DNA of 44,517 nucleotides from a virus (lineage: Duplodnaviria; Caudoviricetes). The DNA is taken from positions 1-44,517 of IMG/VR virus record IMGVR_UViG_3300037991_007990; one strand, given 5' to 3'. Below, one piece after another: positions 8,765-17,364 of this stretch; within the stretch, counting starts at the first letter, position 1, and each line of letters starts with the position of its first letter. A program made the position numbers and the translations under genes. A model generated the notes under the pieces. That model was given only the letters and a program-made list of their open reading frames with translations, was not told where the DNA came from and ran no database searches.

Positions 8765-10671
8765 TTTCTCTCCTCTAGCCACGGCTTTATTAGTTCAGGA
8801 TGATCGCAGTTAATCTTATACCACGGTGTTGGCTTATCAAAGTCGACACGGGTGTGAAACACCCAACCACCTAGTTCATTATTCATTTTATTCGCGAGAT
8901 TTACAATTTCATCATCATTTACATCTGACCAACATTTATCAAAAAACATGTTGTTTTCTGGTATGTCGTCTGTCACCTTGTTGTAAAGGCTAGCCCAGTG
9001 TTTACTCCAATAATTCTTATATGTAAATATTTTTCTTTTAATATCAAACCAAGAGTAATGATGAACGCCAGGCAGTTCTTTTATTGCTGCGTTAATAAAA
9101 CTACTGTAATTTTCTAAATTTTTATCTCTAAAGTTTCTGTCATTTAAAATTTGCTGTCTGATTTGTTCGTGTTGCGGTGTATAAAAATTCATATGCGGTA
9201 TTGGTTGGTAATTGTCTGTATGAACATAATCACAACCGTCGGATCCTATAGAATAAACATTTCCTTTCTCGTCGTATCTTCTATGTTGTGCAGGAATATC
9301 GTGGGTGATATGTGTATCATTTCTTGATAATCTCCATTTCCACGGATTTACATCAACTCTGACCTTATCCTCCTTCCCCCAGTAATCAATTACAGGAAGA
9401 CATACAAGCTTAACTGACTTTGGAATTTGCCTTGCTAACTTTTTTACCTTTTCGTAGTCGTTTTCATGTACTACTTCATCAATGTCCATTTGCCAACACC
9501 AATCTCCCTTACACAAAGAACGGGCCACTGCTTTTTGTTGACCATCAAATACAGCAAATCGATAATTATTCCAGTCTCTTTTCACCTGATATACTCTAAG
9601 TTTTTCTTCTTTTTCTGACCATTTTTCAAGCGCTTCCCAAGTTCCATCATCAGAGCCTCCGTCAACTACTACTACTTCATCACAAAATCCTAAAAGTGAG
9701 TGTATTGAAGCCTCCCACGGATAATCACTTGCAATCACATTTTTTGTAGTAGTATACCCACTTAACGTAATTTTTCTTTCTAAAAACGATGTCACTTTTC
9801 CCCAGAAAACTTGGTGCCTAGAAAGCAGATAATCTTCTATTTCATCTTTTGTTTTTTTGAACCATGCCTCATCTTTATGTTGAACGTTGTCGTTTGTCGT
9901 CAATTGCATACCTAGAAGTTTAGCTTCTATGACAGTTCTTGGGCAAGTATCACCACCAAGAGGATGAAATGACAATCCGTGATACTCTGATAACTTACTT
10001 AATAAATCATAATAAGCTAACCCACCAAGTACTTCTACCTTGTTATTTGGCATCATACTATTAACTTTTTCAACACTCTCTTTTACACCCTTTATCCAGC
10101 TGTTACCATCAATAACTGCCCATGTTGTTTTTTTCCAACCATCTTTCTGTCTCTTATTATAAAGACTTTCTATATACTCTAGATCTTTTTCACTAAAAAT
10201 TGAACTTAAAACTGTCTGACTGTTATCTCTTAAGAAAGGAAATTTTTCATGATATAGGCTTGACTGTTCTTTTGACATCCAAAAAATGTGCTCAGCGCCG
10301 TGGAGAAAAGCGGAAACAATTTTTCCTAGTTGTGTATCATGACAGTCACAATCATTACCAGTTTCTCTTTTGTGTAAGTCTAAGGATCTATATTGGCAGA
10401 ACTTGTAATCATATTCAACAATCATGTAATTTAAATTAGCTACTATCAAAGGAATTAAATTGTGATCCATGTTCCGGTAGTTAAAAAATACCCATAATTT
10501 ACCCACTCCGCCTTGAATTAATTCTTGATTTAGTTCATTAGACTTACATTTAAAAGTTTTATATGGTGATGTTTCAAAAAGAGCTTCTGTAGATCTTTCA
10601 GCCCCTCCACCATACTCTTCCAAAAACATATCTGACACAAAAACTGTGTCAGATTCAATAAAATTGCTCAT
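8761..10671 (-). CDS. Two-domain glycosyltransferase (GT-B-like N-terminus plus GT2 C-terminus)
   Basis: GGGAE and DTCPRTVIEAKLLG in the N-half; DEVVVVDGGSDDGT and WCWQMDIDE in the C-half. Confidence 0.82.
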   Translation of the reverse strand: MSNFIESDTVFVSDMFLEEYGGGAERSTEALFETSPYKTFKCKSNELNQELIQGGVGKLWVFFNYRNMDHNLIPLIVANLNYMIVEYDYKFCQYRSLDLHKRETGNDCDCHDTQLGKIVSAFLHGAEHIFWMSKEQSSLYHEKFPFLRDNSQTVLSSIFSEKDLEYIESLYNKRQKDGWKKTTWAVIDGNSWIKGVKESVEKVNSMMPNNKVEVLGGLAYYDLLSKLSEYHGLSFHPLGGDTCPRTVIEAKLLGMQLTTNDNVQHKDEAWFKKTKDEIEDYLLSRHQVFWGKVTSFLERKITLSGYTTTKNVIASDYPWEASIHSLLGFCDEVVVVDGGSDDGTWEALEKWSEKEEKLRVYQVKRDWNNYRFAVFDGQQKAVARSLCKGDWCWQMDIDEVVHENDYEKVKKLARQIPKSVKLVCLPVIDYWGKEDKVRVDVNPWKWRLSRNDTHITHDIPAQHRRYDEKGNVYSIGSDGCDYVHTDNYQPIPHMNFYTPQHEQIRQQILNDRNFRDKNLENYSSFINAAIKELPGVHHYSWFDIKRKIFTYKNYWSKHWASLYNKVTDDIPENNMFFDKCWSDVNDDEIVNLANKMNNELGGWVFHTRVDFDKPTPWYKINCDHPELIKPWLEERK

Positions 10672-10733
10672 TCCTTCTCCGCTTATAATAGTAATATTTT
10701 ACACTGATGTTTGCAGAGATAAAACTAAATTTA

Positions 10734-12647
10734 TTATAATACAGGATCATCAAAGATATCATACTCTACTGTCAAAGCAATGTGTATATCTCCTGGGGCT
10801 GTGGAAGATCTCTGAACAGAAATGCCTATTACTCCGCCTTGATTGAATTCCAATCCAACCTTGTCTGTCACAGTTGTGTTATTTTGTGCTGTTCCATAAG
10901 CAACATTTTTAGTGATAGCAGTACCTGCAATTGAATTTGCTGCATTAAATAAGTTTGAATAAAATTTGATGACTAGATTATTAGAATTATCAGTTGCTGA
11001 TGATCTAACAGCGAAAGCTTTGATCCTGCCTTTGAACGGTACAATTCTATTATGTTTCATAGCGTTAAAGGATGCATCGACTTGACCTTCATGCACGCCT
11101 AAAAAGTGCTCAGTCCCTGCAACTGATATGTTATCAAAATGATGATAGACTTGCATTTGTCTTCCGTAAACACTACCCGAGGCAACTAAATCTCCACCGA
11201 ACAAAGCTGTTCCTCTTGTTGCTGTATTTTTAGAACCAACTGATCCGGAGTTGAAAAAGTTAATGTCTGTATAGGTTGACTCATCGTGACTAGTTGGCGA
11301 CGATGCTGATCCGGAGTTGAATGTTACCATGTCGTCGCTACTAACATTTAAAAATGGACCGTCTCCGTTAATGCTGTTTTTTGATAAATGTCCCCCAAAT
11401 AAAATATCTTTTCTTTCTTCTAGAGACAAAGAACCGGAAATGGCAGTATCACCTCCAAAGACAGAAACGCCTCCCGTGTTAGATCCAAATCCTCCAACAG
11501 ATCCGGATGCGAAAAATGTGACGTCATCACCAGGCAAAGGAGGTAATTGATTTCCGAATTGGGAAGAAGTTTCTCCGAAAACAGACGATCCTGTTACAGC
11601 CAATACAATACTACCAGGAGTTCCTCTTAAAAGCTGAATTGGTTGGCCGTCTACTGTTATTTTTGCGCCGGCGCCTGTACCACCCTGGTCATAAGCTTGA
11701 TCCAATGTGTTACTTCCACCACCCCCGCTAAATCCTGTCGTTGTTCCAAGGGCAGTAATATTTCCACTAACAACCATGTCGCCTGCTACTAAAGTTGTCC
11801 CTCTTGTAGCACCTCCACGAGATCCAACTGTACCGCTTAACAAGATTTTTACATCTGTCCCAATATCCGGTCTACCAACAATTATGTTTGTAGTTGAACC
11901 TAAAGCAGCAACATTATTATTTAAATCTGCCACAACCAAACCTAAGTCTGTAGATCCTCTAACAGTAATTGAACCGGGGGAGTTTTGAGCATTATTGAAG
12001 ATTGCTCGGCCATCTTCATAAAATACATGCTGGATATTTCCTGCATTGTCAGTTATCATGAACTGAGCACCAGAAGTGTCATTGTCACTATCTAATTTAA
12101 ACTGTATTGAATTCTGTGCTGTTAAAACAAAATTAGTCTCAGCTTCCCAAATAATTTCGTCACCTGAGGCATTTGTCATGTATATGCCACCCGTCAGTAT
12201 TAAGTCTCCATCGACGTTAACGTTTGGTTCGACAGTATTAACTTTTAGTACTCGGGTACCGTCTGCTTTTCTAAAAGATACTGATTCATCCGAATTAACA
12301 TCCGGTTCAACATACATGTTACCTGTTACGAAAAAGTCACCGTCAGCAACTGAATCGACTTCTATTACTTGCCTCTCAGCATAAAGTGTTCCTGAGACGA
12401 CAACGTCGCCACCAAACAAGGTAGCATTTGTGCGTGTATTATTTGTGTTGTCAATAGTTCCCGACACAAACAAGAAAACGTCAGATCCAACTTTGCTAAA
12501 CATGGCAGCGTCATTTGTACCACCTTGCCTGTTTGATGCAACAGAACCACTGTATATTGCAATTCCTACACCGGTACCTGATATACTTCCCGAACCAATA
12601 ATCTTACTTGTTTCTAATTGACTTGCTCTAAAATCTTTTGTTGCCAT
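10734..12647 (-). CDS. Gly/Ser/Thr-rich virion fibre or decoration-like protein with four internal repeats
   Basis: Four copies of D-x4-SG[ST][VI]...[FA]GGD/AGD-x3-SG; beta-rich composition typical of phage fibres. Confidence 0.6.
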   Translation of the reverse strand: MATKDFRASQLETSKIIGSGSISGTGVGIAIYSGSVASNRQGGTNDAAMFSKVGSDVFLFVSGTIDNTNNTRTNATLFGGDVVVSGTLYAERQVIEVDSVADGDFFVTGNMYVEPDVNSDESVSFRKADGTRVLKVNTVEPNVNVDGDLILTGGIYMTNASGDEIIWEAETNFVLTAQNSIQFKLDSDNDTSGAQFMITDNAGNIQHVFYEDGRAIFNNAQNSPGSITVRGSTDLGLVVADLNNNVAALGSTTNIIVGRPDIGTDVKILLSGTVGSRGGATRGTTLVAGDMVVSGNITALGTTTGFSGGGGSNTLDQAYDQGGTGAGAKITVDGQPIQLLRGTPGSIVLAVTGSSVFGETSSQFGNQLPPLPGDDVTFFASGSVGGFGSNTGGVSVFGGDTAISGSLSLEERKDILFGGHLSKNSINGDGPFLNVSSDDMVTFNSGSASSPTSHDESTYTDINFFNSGSVGSKNTATRGTALFGGDLVASGSVYGRQMQVYHHFDNISVAGTEHFLGVHEGQVDASFNAMKHNRIVPFKGRIKAFAVRSSATDNSNNLVIKFYSNLFNAANSIAGTAITKNVAYGTAQNNTTVTDKVGLEFNQGGVIGISVQRSSTAPGDIHIALTVEYDIFDDPVL

Positions 12648-12658
12648 TTATAAAACCT

Positions 12659-12901
12659 CTAATTAAATCCTATTACAGTATAATAGACTTTTCCAACAAA
12701 CTTCTGTGAAAAATGAATTCTTGCAGTCGACGTTGTTATGTCTGATAAGTGAACGTTTACATCCGTATCAGTTGTGACGCTAATTGTTGGTAAATTTAAT
12801 AACCCTAATGAAGGAAAACTTATATCTATATAATCAACTCTGTCAATACTATCACTACATGTGTACATTCTCGGTAGTTGCCCTGTGTTCTTAATACTCA
12901 T
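12659..12901 (-). CDS. Small beta-rich putative virion protein
   Basis: PTISVT...NVHLSDITTSTARIHFS...VYYTVIG; resembles the C-terminus of the adjacent 118-aa gene. Confidence 0.45.
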   Translation of the reverse strand: MSIKNTGQLPRMYTCSDSIDRVDYIDISFPSLGLLNLPTISVTTDTDVNVHLSDITTSTARIHFSQKFVGKVYYTVIGFN

Positions 12902-12902
12902 G

Positions 12903-13259
12903 CTAATCCTGTGATATTATTTGGAAATTTACAGTTCCCGTAAAAGGAGCGCTTGAAGAAAACTGTACTGCTGTTGTTGTTATTGATGTCACAAAAACGT
13001 TAACATTTGCTGAGCTATTAGAATTCTTGTCGACTGCAATTGCTGTTATTACCGGTATTTTTGTAAAATTTATTGTCGGTGAAGCACTAGTGTACGTATA
13101 AGTTACGGGCCCTGATGAGTTTGTAAAGACCACTTCTCCCACAATAATAGTGACGGGAACATTAGACACGAAATTATCAACTGGTTTCCTTCTAATGTAA
13201 TTATAAATTTTTCTAAACCTATTGGCATCTTTTTTCTTAAAAATAATTGCTTTTGCCAT
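12903..13259 (-). CDS. Small beta-rich putative virion protein (H-type lectin/fibre-tip-like)
   Basis: FTKIPVITA...NVFVTSITTTAVQFS...VNFQII. Confidence 0.45.
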   Translation of the reverse strand: MAKAIIFKKKDANRFRKIYNYIRRKPVDNFVSNVPVTIIVGEVVFTNSSGPVTYTYTSASPTINFTKIPVITAIAVDKNSNSSANVNVFVTSITTTAVQFSSSAPFTGTVNFQIISQD

Positions 13260-13262
13260 ACC

Positions 13263-14624
13263 TTACCCCAGAATTGATGCTGCCACTGCGCTTAGATGTG
13301 ATCTTTCTCCGCGTTTTAAAGCTATATGAGATGCACAGCTTTGATTTTTAAATTTTTCTGCAACAATTGTCAACCCATTAGACAGAGCGTCGATATAGGG
13401 AGTATCAATTTGATCTACGTCACCCAATAAAATAATTTTAGAATTTTCTCCCATTCTAGTAATTACAGTTTTGAGCTCGTGGATTGTTGCATTTTGTGCT
13501 TCATCCATAATAAGTATACTATCGTTAAAAGTTCTTCCTCTAATATAGGAAAGAGGTGCAATTTCAATAACTCCTTGCGATCTGAGTGTATTAAATAACG
13601 AAAGGTTGTTATCTTTAAGACCAACTCTTAAATTATCCATAATCGGGGCGATCCAAGGATTCATTTTTTCTTCCATTGATCCGGGTAAAAATCCTATGTC
13701 TCTTCCCACAGGCTGAACGTTTCTTGTCAAAACAATTCTATCATAATAACCAGCTTGTACCATCGCATATGCTGCCATTAATGTGATAAAAGTCTTTCCG
13801 CTGCCTGCTAAGCCTGATATTGTTATTAGAGGAAGCGAGGGGTCAAGCAAAGAATTAAATGCATATAATTGTTCTCTGTTCTTTGCTTTAATATCTAATC
13901 TTGCAAAAGCTTCTAGCAAGTCTCCGGGTTTTAGAACCTTAACAACGTCTTTTTCTTCGTATCTACCTAGAAAAGAACTAGAATCGTATTTTACACAAAA
14001 ATATTCATTCTCGTATGGTTTTCTGCCGTGTTGTTCTTCAAAAAGCTCTAAGAAAGTTTCTAAAGCATCACCTTCTTCGTTTTTATTTTTAACGTAAGAG
14101 TATAGCTCATCAATAATATAAGGGTCGTATGCTTCTACCTCAACGTAACCTTTAAAAGTTTTGCCATCTTCTATTGTTACTTTATCTTTGTAGTAGTCTT
14201 CAGAATGTATTCCTAGAGAGTCACATTTAACTCTGAAGTTGATGTCTTTGGTTATTAATACAACTTTATTATCTACGCTCTCTTGAATTGCCAATGCTAA
14301 GGAGATCATTTTATTGTCAGCATAGTCAGGATCTAACCCTATAGGAACTTTATTAAATCCGGTTAATGCAACTTTTATTGTCTGGCCATTTTCTAATTCA
14401 ATACCCTGGTGTAAAGATCCTTGGGTTCTAAGGTCATCTAAGTATCGATTAATGTATCTTGCATTCTCGCCAACTAATCCTTTCTTATCTTTAAATCTAT
14501 CTAATTCATCTAAAACAACTAGAGGTATTAAAACATCATTCTCAGGAAATGAGTGTATTGAGTTTTTGTCGTAAAGTAAGACGCTTGTATCAATAATAAA
14601 AATTTTTCTGTCTGTCATGTTCAT
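13263..14624 (-). CDS. phoH: PhoH family ATPase with N-terminal PIN domain
   Basis: IIDTSVLL and ITKDINFR (PIN); GLAGSGKT, IGFLPG, YIRGRTF, MDEAQN, GDVDQID. Confidence 0.95.
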   Translation of the reverse strand: MNMTDRKIFIIDTSVLLYDKNSIHSFPENDVLIPLVVLDELDRFKDKKGLVGENARYINRYLDDLRTQGSLHQGIELENGQTIKVALTGFNKVPIGLDPDYADNKMISLALAIQESVDNKVVLITKDINFRVKCDSLGIHSEDYYKDKVTIEDGKTFKGYVEVEAYDPYIIDELYSYVKNKNEEGDALETFLELFEEQHGRKPYENEYFCVKYDSSSFLGRYEEKDVVKVLKPGDLLEAFARLDIKAKNREQLYAFNSLLDPSLPLITISGLAGSGKTFITLMAAYAMVQAGYYDRIVLTRNVQPVGRDIGFLPGSMEEKMNPWIAPIMDNLRVGLKDNNLSLFNTLRSQGVIEIAPLSYIRGRTFNDSILIMDEAQNATIHELKTVITRMGENSKIILLGDVDQIDTPYIDALSNGLTIVAEKFKNQSCASHIALKRGERSHLSAVAASILG

Positions 14625-14628
14625 CCTT

Positions 14629-14657
14629 TTGTTAATTTAAAGATATCGATGTATAAT
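14629..14657 (+). promoter_or_regulatory. Sigma70-like promoter for the sigma region-4 gene
   Basis: TTGTTA-N17-TATAAT with TG extended -10, upstream of the TAAGGA RBS and ATG 14686. Confidence 0.5.
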
Positions 14658-14685
14658 CTTAAATATCACATAAGGAACGTATAAT

Positions 14686-14931
14686 ATGAAATGTTTTAAT
14701 TATAATAAAAAGTACAGCAAAAATTGTCAAAATAAAGAGTGCAGATATTGGGTTAACTGCGGCAAATCTAGTAATTGTTGCATACTTCTCTTGAAAAACA
14801 AAGAATATAACGAAGATAAAACTACACTTCAAGATATAGGTGACATATTTAAAGTTACAAGAATGAGAATATGTCAAATAGAAAAAAATGCAATAAAAAA
14901 ACTTAGAGACAAACTATCCCTAAGTTTATAA
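14686..14931 (+). CDS. Stand-alone sigma-70 region-4 HTH protein with Cys-rich N-terminus
   Basis: TLQDIGDIFKVTRMRICQIEKNAIKKLR matches the region 4.2 pattern; six Cys precede it. Confidence 0.8.
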   Translation: MKCFNYNKKYSKNCQNKECRYWVNCGKSSNCCILLLKNKEYNEDKTTLQDIGDIFKVTRMRICQIEKNAIKKLRDKLSLSL

Positions 14932-14956
14932 TATATCTAATTTCTAAATTTGAATT

Positions 14957-15148
14957 CTAGCCTTTGTCAGACTCTAGTGACGTCTTAACAATAGTTGAGG
15001 CTAGCTTTTTAGCTTCTCGCAAACCTTTTCTTGCTCTAATGCCGGCAGATTTATTACCTTGTGCATTTTTAACAACATCTGTTTGTAGAGTCTCAACTAA
15101 TAGTTTAAGTTCTTCAAATTGTGATAATAAGCTTTCATTTAACGACAT
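14957..15148 (-). CDS. Histone H1-like protein (Hc1 family)
   Basis: GNKSAGIRARKGLREAKKLA signature; GAGGAGG RBS. Confidence 0.75.
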   Translation of the reverse strand: MSLNESLLSQFEELKLLVETLQTDVVKNAQGNKSAGIRARKGLREAKKLASTIVKTSLESDKG

Positions 15149-15161
15149 AATATCCTCCTCG

Positions 15162-15416
15162 TTATTCTAAAATAATTTTATTTTGCTTGTTTACATTATT
15201 ATCTGTTTCTTCTTCTTTGTTAATTATTTCTCTGTAATTTTTAAGTACTTCTGACAAATCTTTAAGCGCTTGATTGTTTTCAAGGGAGACAACTAAACCA
15301 CTGATAATGTCTAGTTTTTGTTGTTCACTTACACCAAACTTTAATATTTCTTTGACTATATCTCTTGACTTTTGTTTCTCTCTGGCTAATTTTTCTAGTT
15401 TAACTGAATAGCTCAT
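15162..15416 (-). CDS. Hypothetical protein
   Basis: Compact operon gene with AAGGAG RBS. Confidence 0.6.
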   Translation of the reverse strand: MSYSVKLEKLAREKQKSRDIVKEILKFGVSEQQKLDIISGLVVSLENNQALKDLSEVLKNYREIINKEEETDNNVNKQNKIILE

Positions 15417-15419
15417 TAA

Positions 15420-15887
15420 TTACTCCTTTATGATAGTTGTTATAACTTCAGATATTATTTTAAACTTATCTTTACTCATTATTTTTAAGACTTTAATGTG
15501 GTGACTCTCGTCTATGATATTTCTACTAATAATCAATTCTGAAGGGAATTTTTCTTTTTCTAAGATGTCTTCTATCATCTCGTAGTCTGAAATTTCTCTG
15601 TTGTTTTCTTCAAGTATCTTATTTATCTTTTCTGGTAGCGCTAACTCTAAGTCACTTATCGATCTAACAGAAGTAGTGTCCTCGCTACCTACTTTTATGT
15701 CTGACTTGCATATTTCATAAACATAATGAGTTGCACCACAATTATTACAATTTGCGTATTTTGGTACTACTTTTCCTGCTTCAGAAACTTGGGAATAAAC
15801 TGTGAATTTGTGGTAAATAATCGGTTTTACACTTTTGTATATTGGTAGTACACAATGACATTCAACTAAGTGCTTAGTACCTATCAT
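15420..15887 (-). CDS. Hypothetical putative Zn-binding protein
   Basis: ECHC and CNNCG motifs. Confidence 0.6.
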   Translation of the reverse strand: MIGTKHLVECHCVLPIYKSVKPIIYHKFTVYSQVSEAGKVVPKYANCNNCGATHYVYEICKSDIKVGSEDTTSVRSISDLELALPEKINKILEENNREISDYEMIEDILEKEKFPSELIISRNIIDESHHIKVLKIMSKDKFKIISEVITTIIKE

Positions 15888-15889
15888 TT

Positions 15890-16114
15890 TTATAATTTTG
15901 ACTCAATCTGACTTGACGTCTTACTAAAAGATCTTTCTATGCTTGATTCCACAATTCTTGCAATTTTTTTGATCTGATCGATCTCTAACTCTAACATATT
16001 TTGACTTTTCGCTGTTAGTAGATCGCTAGCTATTTGACTTTTAATAAAGTCTATAGATGATGCGACTGATCTCATAACATCGCCCTTTACATTGTTTTTT
16101 GTACTTTTTTTCAT
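15890..16114 (-). CDS. Hypothetical protein
   Basis: TAAGGAG RBS; operon context. Confidence 0.6.
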   Translation of the reverse strand: MKKSTKNNVKGDVMRSVASSIDFIKSQIASDLLTAKSQNMLELEIDQIKKIARIVESSIERSFSKTSSQIESKL

Positions 16115-16125
16115 TATAATTCTCC

Positions 16126-17364
16126 TTAAGAAACAACAACTTCGATATTTTCAATTGTTTTATTTAAACTTTCTACTTTTTGTTTAACTATTTTTGTTAG
16201 AACTTTTGGTATATAATACTCTCTTTGACTATAAATTAAAATTTTATATTGTTTATCAATATTTTTGAGAAAACCTAGACAGTAAGATAGTTCTCTTTGG
16301 AAGCGATTGCTCTTGCTTAAATCTCTAGGCAAATATATATTTAATTTTTTCATAGAGAAGTTTTTAATCCTATTTTTGATAGGGTCTACGTTGACGTCTG
16401 TCTTCATTAAAGCATCGCTTAGCCTAGTTAAAAGAAATTTTTTGTGTTTTAAAATTTTCTCACTGTTAGCAACAGGATCAATATAAACTCTATCTTTCAA
16501 GAAGGTTATTTTATTTCCATCTGGTAAGTTTTTTCTTACTTCTTGAGAAATTGTCTGTCCCATGTTGCTTGATACAACGTCAGCGTCATGTATTATTGCT
16601 ATATCATTTAATACATTTAATGTGTTTTCATCATTTGAATTTAGGGAAACGGGTAAAACCTTAAAGGATCCTCTTTTATTATTAGATATAATGTTGTGCT
16701 TTACTTCTTCTGACATTCCGTAACAAAATATAACACGCGGGATTTTATCTTCACTAGCTTTCACAAATAAATGATGAATTTCACCTACTGACTCTATGTA
16801 ACCATCTATAATAACAAACTTATAATCTCTAAATGTTAAGTTTGACATGTTGTTAAAGAAATCATAATCGTATGAAAATTTGAAAGAAAAGTCATCTTCA
16901 ACTTCTAAACATATGTCTTTACCTGTGTGTACCTGGACATTTATTGTTCTTTCTAAGTTGATATTTTTAACAATCCATTCTATTAAATTTTTTACATTTT
17001 TATCTGTGAGGGAATCTAAGAATTTTTGCTGGTGGCTTTTTTCAAACTTAACAATTTTACCTTTTTGGATTACTCTTGATTTGAAAAAGTATTCCAAAAA
17101 CAGATCTCCTAAATAGGGATAGAGTTTTTCACACTCATTATAATTTAGGAGTATCATGTTTTTCAAAGCCACTTCAACTTTATTTTCAGGAAGTATATTT
17201 AAATAGTTAAGCCCGGGTGTCTCTATTAATGTTTTATTGTCATAAAGCACATTTTTATTTTTTAGTTTGCAAAAATGTGCCTTTTCTTTTTCTAAAAAGT
17301 TATTTACAACTTCTCTAGAATATACGTCAACTTTAGGAATCGCGCCAGAGGTTGTTGCTTGCAT
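16126..17364 (-). CDS. Divergent GroEL/chaperonin-like protein (apical domain recognisable, ATP motif absent)
   Basis: FVIIDGYIESVGEIHHLF...PRVIFCYGMSEEV...NNKRGSFKVLPV...LNDIAIIHDADVVSSNMG parallels the GroEL apical domain; no GDGTTT. Confidence 0.6.
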   Translation of the reverse strand: MQATTSGAIPKVDVYSREVVNNFLEKEKAHFCKLKNKNVLYDNKTLIETPGLNYLNILPENKVEVALKNMILLNYNECEKLYPYLGDLFLEYFFKSRVIQKGKIVKFEKSHQQKFLDSLTDKNVKNLIEWIVKNINLERTINVQVHTGKDICLEVEDDFSFKFSYDYDFFNNMSNLTFRDYKFVIIDGYIESVGEIHHLFVKASEDKIPRVIFCYGMSEEVKHNIISNNKRGSFKVLPVSLNSNDENTLNVLNDIAIIHDADVVSSNMGQTISQEVRKNLPDGNKITFLKDRVYIDPVANSEKILKHKKFLLTRLSDALMKTDVNVDPIKNRIKNFSMKKLNIYLPRDLSKSNRFQRELSYCLGFLKNIDKQYKILIYSQREYYIPKVLTKIVKQKVESLNKTIENIEVVVS

